DNA of 64,000 bases from NCBI RefSeq assembly GCF_001194135.2, contig NC_068999.1:33015910-33079909 (forward strand), read 5' to 3'. Positions 12,138 through 22,300 of the stretch are shown here, in pieces. Position 1 is the stretch's first letter; every line of letters starts with the position of its first letter. A program made the position numbers and the translations under genes. The DNA is from Octopus bimaculoides (Eukaryota). The notes under the pieces are model-generated. The model worked only from the letters and a program-made list of their open reading frames with translations, did no database searches and was not told the origin of the DNA.

Positions 12138-14108
12138 CAGGGTGCAGTGAATAAATTGTCATCTAAATTATGCAAAAATGAAAATAACACTGACATCTCA
12201 TTTTAACAGATATATTTACCAAAATTACTTTAAAATATCTTGAAATGCTAAACAGTAAATTTATTGGATCTTTCTGAATTGACGGGCGCCACTTTTTATT
12301 TGTTTTATTTAGTGTGTTTTCTACCGAAACACTTTCAAACTTTGTATACTTGTATATTTTGTCTTATAGAACAGATGAAAATTTTTGTATTCGAAGTTAT
12401 TTCATGTAAAAAATTGTTGTATTTTGGTAATTTCAACCAATCACTGACGTCTATTGAGGTGAAAACAATTACTGCTATGGATTGTAAACAAAACGTTGTG
12501 CGGTGTAATGGGATCTTTTCCCTTGAATAAAATTAGTGCCATTGTTTGTCAACAACAACTATCGGCGGTACTATTATTTATAACATCGTTCGTGCGTTTG
12601 TACTGGTTTTAGTTTTAGAGTTAGGGTTATGATTATTTTTGCCATAACCTAACTCATAAACCCTAACCGTAACCCGAACTCTAACCCTCGAACCCTAAAC
12701 CCCTACTAGGGAATAACGATATAATTACCAGGGAATAACGATCTTGACACCAGCAAAAATTGTTTACAAAAACAGCAGTAACTGTATTCAGCTGAATAGA
12801 CGTCAGTGATTGGTTGAAATTACAGAAATATGACAACTTTAACATGAAATAACTTGCAATATAGAAAGTTTTGTTAAGAAGGCTGAGAGAAAAAGATGTT
12901 TTATATGACACGTTTTACCAGTATCCCAAGTTTGAAAGTGTTTCATTCAGAAAACAAGTGGCGCCCGTCAATTCAGAAAGATCCAATTTATTCAATAAAA
13001 TCACCATTGGCTTCAACCATGGTGTCCAAAAAACTTCAGAATCTCCTGCACCTCTTCTGGATAGTCTCCTTGTTTAAGTTGGTGAATGCTGCCATAATCC
13101 TTGCCTTCAGTTCATCTTTGGTGTTACAAGGAGTTTTGTTGGTCTCTCGGTGGAGTTAGGTGGCCAGATCTTAGGGTGATGTGGTCGCAGAAATTGTCTG
13201 ACAGCCACAACTGGGTTCTCCTGCTTGTGTGTCATGGGGCAAAGTCTTGCTGCCAGATATAGTGTCTTCCAGCTGCCACCCTGTTGACCCAGGACAGCAC
13301 TACCTCCTCCAGACTCCATATTGAGTCTGAGGCTGTGTGGGAAGATGAATGGAAGCATAACATCGCCACCACTAGTGATCACTCCTAACACCATGATGTT
13401 GACTGGATGTTTCATTTTTTAAGTTCTCAGTACATGTTTTGGGGACTCGGCAAGCTAACGGTTGTTCTGTGCGTTCACCATCTGATCCTGGCAGAAATTT
13501 TTCTCATCTGAGAAAAACCAAAGCATGTTCAGTTGGAGGGCATCCTTGAGTTTGTTCAAAAGCTTCGTAGCATGGTTTTTCCTCTTGTCCTTGATAGCTT
13601 GGGATAAAAATTGGTCCTTTCTCATCTTCTATGAGGAATACCAAATGTCTTCATGCACTAACCTGCCTGATAAGAAACTCAAATACTCCCATGTCCATGG
13701 TGATGGACCTGATTGACTTGGAGGGATTGTTGTCAATCATGGCCTGGATCTCACCAACAAACTCAGGAATTCTTTTCTATCAGAATGATCAGAGTGAGCT
13801 TTCCAAGCTGCCGTACCTTTGTAATCCCCATTAGACTCATCCAACTCTTTCTGAATCCTCTGCACTGTCCTCAGATTGACACCCAGACACTCTGAAATGT
13901 TCGTGTAGGAGCTTCCAGCATGAATGCCAAGCAGTACAACATGTTGTTTCCAAATTTATGGCATAGTGAATTGCATCATGATGCTGTTTTTGTCACAGAC
14001 AATGCCCAACTGACCCTACTATACTGTGTAGTTGACAGAACCCAAAACAAACAAACAATGCATGAAATGAAAAATATAAACTGGCAACAATTTACCAATC
14101 GCAACCTC
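12138..14108 (-). mobile_element. DD37D (maT-type) mariner-family transposon, decayed and MITE-interrupted
   Basis: TA|CAGGGTGCAGTGAATAAATTGTC terminus; minus-strand WFFSDEKNFCQDQMVNAQNNR (~13455-13526), KHPVNIMVLGVITSGGDVM, WQQDFAP* and WPPNS. The far end near 14108 is only a degenerate TIR match. Confidence 0.8.
12266..12984. mobile_element. Fold-back MITE, 719 bp, 8-bp TSD AATTTATT
   Basis: Terminal IR GGATCTTTCTGAATTGACGGGCGCCACT / AGTGGCGCCCGTCAATTCAGAAAGATCC; TSD at 12258-12265 and 12985-12992; further internal inverted arms; single-copy empty site in the paralogous maT copy near 18781-18789. Confidence 0.9.
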
Positions 14109-14779
14109 TATATTCAAAAATTTCATATATATATTAAGCATTTTCCTTCTTTTATTCACACCGTATTGTATCCACACATCATTATCATCTTCATTTCACA
14201 GCTACCTTTTCATTCTGGTACAAAATGGAAAGGTTGTTAAGGGCTAAGTTATTTCTTAATATGCATCTTATCAATAGATTGGCAGCATACAGATTAAACA
14301 GGTCTGTGTATCTGTGTGCATGAGCGCACACTGCTCACTTTGGCACCACCTCACCATTATAATAGGCATTATACGCTCAAGTCTGTTCTATATGATAACT
14401 ACTGGAGCTGTTTTTTACTATTTATTATTGACTGATTTAAAAAATTGCTGAAACTTAATTTCTTCTGCTTTTCACATCTTGGAGTTCATTAACACTATTG
14501 CCAAAAACAGTGCTATTGGAATTTTGATGAAGTCTGGACTGACTGCTCAGACATAAGAGATACTCTGTCTTTGAATGTTGAATCTAATCACATATGTGTT
14601 TGTGTACATGCATGGATGTGTGTGTTTGTGTGTTTATGCATGTATATACATATATAACCATTTAGCATTTAAACCATCCTCATCTGGCCCAAATATATTG
14701 CTCTATGTCCAAACTGACCAGATCCAGCCTCTCACACCTAACCTACTGTGTCATCTTGAAAATAAACAATTATGTTTAA

Positions 14780-14999
14780 CCCTTTAGCATTCAGATTATT
14801 CTGTAAAATGTAATGTTTATTAATTCACTTTGTTTTGAATTAATCTTGCATTAACTTGTAGCCAAAAGATTTCAATGATGTGGTTGTTTATTTTTACTAC
14901 AACAATATAGGATAGGTATCAAAGGCCAGGTTTGGCTGGTTTTAACATAAAACTGGTAGAATGTTTGGGCCAGATTCGGTTAATTTAAATGCTACAGGG
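14780..14999 (+). mobile_element. piggyBac-like MITE (220 bp)
   Basis: TTAA|CCCTTTAGCAT...ATGCTACAGGG|TTAA; family copies at 36003-36222 and ~46525-46745, partial copies near 20430-20575 and 63880-63960. Confidence 0.7.
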
Positions 15000-15150
15000 T
15001 TAATAGAAGTGCTAAAAGAATAACATGAGTTAAATATGTATCCTCAGAGAGTATTAACTCCAAATTAGCATTGAGTGGTTTGCAGCTACCCACTGGTTCA
15101 AGAGGGTTTACTGCGTAGTTGACCTGTAAGAAAAATCATGGAGCACAATG

Positions 15151-15536
15151 CGGTTAGCACTCCGTCACTTACGACGTCCAGGGTTCCAGTTGATACGATC
15201 AACGGAACAGCCTGCTCGTGAAATTAACATGCAAGTGGCTGAGCACTCCACAGACACGTGTACTCTTAACGTAGTTCTCGGGGATATTCAGCGTAACACA
15301 GTGTGACAAGGCTGACCCTTTGAAATACAGGCACAACAGAAACAGGAAGTTAGAGTGAGAGAAAGCTGTGGTGGAAGAGTACAGCAGGGTTCGCCACCAT
15401 TCCCTGCCGGAGCCTCGTGTAGCTTTAGGTGTTTTCGCTCAATAAACACTCACAATGCCTGGTTTGGGAATCGAAACCGTGATCCTATGATCGCGAGTCC
15501 GCTACCCTAACCACTGGGCCATTGCGCCTCCACGGA
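15151..15536 (-). mobile_element. tRNA-derived SINE, apparently full length, with 9-bp TSD
   Basis: Minus-strand head GGAGGCGCAATGGCCCAGTGGTTAGG (A box)...GGTTTCGATTCC (B box); AGCACAATG at 15142-15150 and 15537-15545. Confidence 0.8.
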
Positions 15537-16927
15537 AGCACAATGTAAAACAAAAGAAAAAAGACCTGGATATTCCTTGGTTGCACCAGAAAGATTAGTC
15601 AGTGTTGGGCTCAACAATAATCATGAAAGTTACTGGAATCATTGTAATATCCATTCAACTGTGTAGATGGCCTCCTCTTCACTTGTCTGCCATGTACAGT
15701 GGTCTGACACCATTACAACTGCAACTTATGATATTTCAATACCCACCTTAATATGTTGTTTATCACTGTCACATCTTTATCATCAATATGACAAAGGCCC
15801 ATTGTTGCAGGAATCCCACCTTTTTTTGGAACTTTCACCAATCACCAGTTCTCCTCTCTTTTTCATCATCATCTAAGGAGGCCTACTATCTCACGTTAAT
15901 GATATCCTCTCATTAATTAGGCTCTTAATTACCATTGATTTATTCTTTGATGTTTATACATCAGGTGTGTGTGTGTGTGTGTGTACGACTGGTTGCTGAA
16001 AAGTTTCTGGCTTTAAAGGTATCACAATAGGCCTGGCTAGAGGCCCAACCTTTGGAGTTCTTTTACAGGACTTAGAAAAATTGAAGGACTGCAGCAATAA
16101 GTGTGTGAATCTGAGAAGGGAATATGTTGAATAAAATTGTAATTAACTAATCCTCCTGCATTTTCTTTTACCCAATGCGAGGAACTTCACAGCACCCCAT
16201 CGTGTATGTATATGTGTGTATATATATTTATGTATATGTGTGTATATATATTTATGTATATCATCAGCAGCAGCATTTAATATCCGTTTTCGATGCTGGC
16301 ATAGGTTGGATGGTTTGACAGGAACTAGCAAGACCAGGGCCACACCAAGATCCATAGTCTGTTTTGGCTTGGTTTCTATGGCTGGATGCCTTTCCTAACA
16401 CCATCTACTCTACAGGGTGTACTGGGTACTTTTTATGTGGCACCAACACTTTTTATGTAGCCACTTCATTTTAGGATCTCAATTCTGTTATGGTGGGTGG
16501 GTCTTCTTGAGTACAGCAATGCACCTCATATCTTAGTCCTCTTTCATCTCCTTCATAAGATTCAGCATTTTGAGATTGACTTTCAATACTTCGTCCATGT
16601 CTTCCTGAGTCTCCCTCATCCACAACTCTCCTCCATTATATATAACCTGGTCTCTGTTGAAACAGTTTATTTCATCACTACTTAACATTAATAGTTCCAT
16701 GTTGATACCATGCTGTTCTTTCAGGGTTTTTATCTTACATCATTTTGTTTTATTTAAAATTATTGTCTGTGTTCTTTGTAATGTTGGATTGTTCTTTCAC
16801 ATGATTTCAATGTCTTCACTAAACAAAAATTATTTTACTTCATATTTGTTAAAACTCAAAATACAACCATCAGCCATGTGCATATTGTTATCTCTCTCTC
16901 TCTCTCTCTCTCTCTTTCTGTTTCTAG

Positions 16928-17030
16928 GTGAATGGCATTGATCTACGATGGGCTACCCATGAAGAGGCTGCAGCAGCCCTCAAGGGTGCAGGTGACACTG
17001 TAGAAATTGTAGCTCAATACAAACCTGATG
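16928..17030 (+). CDS. dlg1: Discs large exon, C-terminal half of PDZ3 ([34 protein letters not shown]+G)
   Basis: (CT)n tract then TTTCTAG acceptor; G|GTAAGA donor; 103 nt, phase 0 to 1. Matches the Dlg PDZ3 motif DLRxAxHExAAAALKxAGxxVxIVAQYxP, recognised from memory. Confidence 0.96.
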
Positions 17031-18047
17031 GTAAGAATTAAAAATTTTTTTTCTGTCAATCTTTTTCCTATTGCATGTATTTCACTATTAGTTTATCTCT
17101 CTACTGGTCGAATCCCCTTTCATATTAAAACAATGTTACAGGCCATAACGCACATGTGTGAGTACAAGTGAGGAAGTACGTTCTGTCCACCTTTTTTTAT
17201 CTATTAAATTATAAGCTAGTTATTGTTAATTTGAAACTTCCTTTGCTCTATGATAGTTTTAGATATTGAATTTTTTTCTTATCCTTAGACTCACTGACTA
17301 CAGTTCTAACCATTCACTTTTTCTTCCTCTCTTTATCTCACCGGTAAAATTAAAAAAACAATTCCTTTTCTTAACCGTTATACATTTAATGTCCTACAAC
17401 ATTTACACGCAGTTCTCAATTTAACTCTGCCTCCTAACTGAGGTTGGTAGATAACTAATTGATTAAATTACTATTTTCTTCTGAAGATCTGGTATTTCAA
17501 GGTAATTATGCAATTGTCTGTAAGAATGACGCAACATATTGGTATACACTAGTGAAACGTGTAAAGATTACATAATTTATGATAAAGTGATAAATCCTTT
17601 GTTTTGTTCTGCTCTCGTGTGTGTGTATACACACGCACATACATAGATGTGTATGTATACACACACAGATGGAGACTGTTGAGGAGTACCTTTCTATAGA
17701 AGAAGAATTACTCTACCAACATGTTTAATTTAAACAACTTATGTCAGTTAATAAAAATGTTAGGCATTTTTATGTAATATTTTCACTTTAACCCTAGCGT
17801 GGGTATAAACACATGTAGAAACTTCAAGAAATATATGGCTAATTCTATATTATCAACAATCTGTCTCAAATCAAATTTAGCTAAAAATAATAGCATGTAA
17901 TACATTGAGTTGAAATATAGAATCCTTGGCTGAAAGCTGCATGGTAGACTCAAACCATGTTTCTTCTATAGCTGAACCCTAACACCACCTCCTCTCTCCC
18001 TCTGTAAGTGGTTCCTTAAAGCATTTTAGAGCATAGTTACAATATAT

Positions 18048-18097
<50 letters not shown>

Positions 18098-18352
18098 NNN
18101 NNNNNNNNNNNNNNNNNNNNNNNNNNNNNNNNNNNNNNNNNNNNNNNNNNNNNNNNNNNNNNNNNNNNNNNNNNNNNNNNNNNNNNNNNNNNNNNNNNNN
18201 NNNNNNNNNNNNNNNNNNNNNNNNNNNNNNNNNNNNNNNNNNNNNNNNNNNNNNNNNNNNNNNNNNNNNNNNNNNNNNACATAACAGCATAGAAATACAT
18301 TACTGCTCTATGCTTTAGAGTGTGCTTCTTTTTCGGCTATAGGAAACATTGA

Positions 18353-18394
<42 letters not shown>

Positions 18395-18666
18395 TAGATA
18401 GATGCAGGTGTGGCTGTGTGGTAAGAAGCTTACTTCCCAACAACATGAATGTGTCTTTGTGGTTGTTTTTGTTCCCCACCACAGCTTGACAACTGGTGTT
18501 GGTTTGTTTATGTTCCTGTGCCTTAACAGTTCAACAAAAAGAGGCCGATAGAATAAATACCAGGCTTAAAATAAGTACAGGAGTCAAATCATTCAACTAA
18601 AAGTTCTTTGAGGTGGTGCCCCAGCATGGCCACAGTCTAATGACTGAAACAGATAAAAGATATATA

Positions 18667-19240
18667 CAGGGTGCAGTGAATAAACTGTCATCTAAATTAT
18701 GCAAAAATGAAAATAACAGTGACATCTCATTTTAACATTTACCAAAATTACATAAAAATATCTTGAAATACTAAAGAATAAATTTATTCAATAAAATCGC
18801 CATTGGCATCAACCACAGTGTCCAGATGACTTCAGAATCTCCTGCAACCCTTCTAGACAGGCTCCTTGTTTAAGTTGGTGAATACTGCCATAACCCTTGC
18901 TTTCAGTTCATCTTTGGTTATCTTTGGTGTTACAAGGAGTTTTGTTGGTCTCTCACTCGACTGCGCCCCACACATAATAATTAAGGGGTTGCAGTCTGGG
19001 GAGTTAGATGGGTGATGTGGTCGCAGAAATTGTCTGCCAGCTAGACTGGGTTCTCCTGCTTGTGTGGCATGGTGCAGAGTCCTGTTGCCAGACATAGGGT
19101 CTTCCAGCAGTCACCCTGTTGACCCAGGACAGCACTACCTCCTACAGGCACTTGATGTAGGCCTCCATGTTGAGTCTTAGGCCATGTGGGAAGATGAATG
19201 GAGGCATAACATCACCATCACTAGTGATAAATTCAAACAC
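18667..19240 (-). mobile_element. Second, truncated DD37D/maT copy (3' end)
   Basis: Same TA|CAGGGTGCAGTGAATAAA terminus as 12138; minus-strand WQQDSAPCH and NSPDCNPL motifs. Confidence 0.8.
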
Positions 19241-21183
19241 CATGTTTGGGAAGCGAGCATCTTATCACACAACCATGCCTGTGCCCATATAGTAAATATA
19301 TTTAAACATTTGACCCAGTGTAGTGAGTTCTGTTTTAGATGTTTTCACTATATAAGATGTATATTTGTATATATTTTAAAACTCTTACATTGTTACACAA
19401 TTTGATATACTCGATTTCAAACACAAATTTGTTTGTGTGTCAGTTTAAGTAATGGGACATTTTACATATGCTTGTGTGTTCACACACACATATTTATATC
19501 ATATTTTATTTTTATAACTTACGCTTAGTTTTCTTCTTAATTTCATTATATTTTCAATCTCCGTTTTCTAATTTCTGGTATTAAAACCTATTCTGGATTA
19601 TGTATTTTAAAGTACTCTGACACCATTTCATGAGAGTTAGAACATTTTAAAGTTCACAACTAACTCTCATCCTGATAATCTACTTTACTCACATCAATAA
19701 CTCATTCCTTAAACATACATAACACATCCTTACATCTGCTCATGCTCTCTCTCTTTCATTCCCTTTTTCTCCCCCCCCCCTCCCAACACACACACACACA
19801 CATTGTTTCATTAATATGGTTGACTTTTCAACTGATTAAATCTGACATGAAATGTTTCTTCTGTTGTGCTTCTTTCTTTCTGTTCCTCTCTAGTTTCCAT
19901 TGGAAACTTAAATCACAAACAATATTTAGAATATGAAGGCATATTTGGTACCACCCATCATTGCTGCCATTCTTCAGTACACAGTAGTCACTCTTGTCAA
20001 ATCAACACTTGCTATTTAAATAACTGCAGAGGGTGTTGTACCACAGTAATAGACAAGCTGTTGTTGACCTAGCAATGGTGTGTGTGTGTGTTGTAGATTG
20101 ACCCAACTGCTAAGTCTTCCTTGGCAATCCTTATGCCAGTGTATGATAATTGGTGACAGTAGAAATAATATGAGTGGTTATATGTAAACCAAGTTCATGT
20201 TCCTAGGGATTCTTTTGGTCAATATTTCAGCAGAAATCTGTGAAGTTTGGATATTCACACCTTCCAATAGCTGCATTTATCATCCATTACACTCCACCAT
20301 CTTTTGCCTATAAACAGTAACACTTGTCATCATTGATTCCATCACACTGTTACATTCCACTATAACCCCTCCTCCTTGTAAACTGTAACAGTGTACCATC
20401 CATGACAACACAGCACCACACACATCCATTTGTAAACAGTTTTTGATGATGTGATTGTTTAATTTTAGAATATTGTTGCAGGGTAGGTGTGAGAGGCCAG
20501 ATGTGGCCTGTTTGATCATAAAATAGGTAGAATGTTTGGGCCTCATATGGTCGGTTTAAACACTAGAAGGTTAAAGCTCACATTTCTCCCTACCCTTTGT
20601 TACACATACCACTCTCTACACCTGAGATACTGATTACATTTCATGTCATTTATGTAGCCCTTCCCATACTATGACATTCAAGTAAGTAACCTCAACTGGC
20701 TTTCTGTAGGCTCAACCATTTGTGTAGGAATCTATGTATGTGTTAGGGTGTGTTTTTACAAACACACATTGTCTCTGGTTTCGTGTCTCACTGTTTCAAG
20801 TTTTAATCCTATAGGAGTTAGTTTTGCTTTTATCATAAGAGATTTCTCTAAAATAAATACCTGCAATATACAGTTACTGTGTGTATTGTTGTTTTAGACT
20901 AGGTATGTCACATCCTTGCATGCTGTAAGTGGTGACTGAAAGGGCATCCACAGGCCATAAAGCACTGTCTCACAAAAATCATCCAACCTATGTCAATAAG
21001 GAAAAGTTCAATACAATACTGATGATTATGCTGTACCAGTAATATACAGGGTTAAATAAATAAAAATTGATCTTACACATTGTAGAAACACAACATTAGA
21101 ACACATTGGTTGATGTTATTAGAACAATTACAATGATGTCTTGGCCAAAACAAAGCAATTTCTATTTAGTTTTCATGCTAGAG

Positions 21184-21378
21184 CAGTGTTTCTTTATCAT
21201 TTTTTACCTAAGGACCTCGTTGATTCCTATTTTACTCAGATGGACCCTCCTAGCCATATTATTAGGAATTGTATTAAAAAATTTTTTAATATTTTGTGTG
21301 TTGTAGAAGTATAACCAATTTATTGTAGATAAATTTTAACAACAAAATCTTATATGGACCCCCCGTTGAGAACCACTG
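21184..21378 (-). mobile_element. hAT (Charlie-like) MITE
   Basis: CAGTGTTTCT...GTTGAGAACCACTG ends; flanks TGCTAGAG / AGTTAGAA resemble a degenerate 8-bp NNNTAGAN target; inverted relative to the copy at 54701-54961. Confidence 0.65.
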
Positions 21379-21836
21379 AGTTAGAAAGTGTCAAGAATTA
21401 GATTTAAGAAAGTTTGGCTACTGTTTCTAGCAGGTTCAATGATCACTTCGAGGCTTCTCCACAATGATCATTATTGTTTCTTTTTTAAAGAGAATGCATT
21501 TATATACACACGTATATATCTATAAATATATGTATATGCATAATTGTGTATGTCTCTGTATGTGTGTATTTATATATCTATAAGTGAGTATATATTTCTG
21601 TTGAGGTTTACGTAGTACAAGGCCTTGGTGTTTACCTATCTGTGTTTACGTGTGCACAGGCATATTTATGTATTTGGAGTAGATTCAGATAGAGAATTCC
21701 TGGAATGTTTAGCACATCTTAAACTATTCCACTAATTGATATAATCTGTAGAATACTGTATTGTATTTACTTGAGAATTTCAGTATTTCTAGCTTACTGC
21801 ATAAACAGATTGTTAAGAGTCAAAGTGTATCACTGA

Positions 21837-22300
21837 TAACTGGTATTAACTAGGATACAGTCTCAGTGTATAGCTCAATATACCGATAACTATCAGTGAA
21901 AGCTAGAACCATTAGTCGGGGCATATAGCTCGGGTTGCCAATAACTGTAGATATTAGCTAGGACCAATAGTTAGGGTGTATAGCTCAGGGCACCAGTAAC
22001 TGTAGATATGAACTAGGATTATAGTCAGGATGCATAGCTCAGTATACCAATATCTATGAACTAGGACCTATAATGAGGCTGTATATAACTCAGTATACCA
22101 CTAACTGTAAGTGAACTACAACCTGTACTAAAGAGATGTAGTCAAGTACAGTAATGACAATATGAACTAAAATTTATAATCCGTGTATATAACTCAGTCT
22201 ATTAATAGCTATGTCAGTAAGAACATATAATAAGGATGTATAATTCAGTACACTAATGATTGTAGGTGTGAACAAGTCTCAATAGTCATGGGATATATAG
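21837..22300. repeat. Degenerate minisatellite, about nine units of 48-55 bp
   Basis: Units start at 21837, 21887, 21942, 21997, 22051, 22102, 22152, 22206 and 22254; consensus is roughly TAACTGTAGATATGAACTAGGACCNATAGTCAGGGTGTATAGCTCAGTATACCAA. Confidence 0.85.

Noticed and set aside
15440-15531. tRNA gene (also heads at 4790, 42058 and 59842)
   Set aside because: A and B boxes are present but there is no complete cloverleaf, and each continues into a SINE body.
1-16927. Upstream dlg exon encoding the first half of PDZ3 (GLGFNIVGG...GDQILS)
   Set aside because: Not found by eye; probably upstream of the window, though it could be hidden in a gap or missed.
20658-20681. 24-nt exon-like unit with a GTAAGT donor
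   Set aside because: Weak acceptor tract and an in-frame TGA; expected by chance.
21837-22300. CRISPR-like repeat/spacer array
   Set aside because: Eukaryotic context, no cas genes, and the variable parts are homologous to each other rather than unique spacers.
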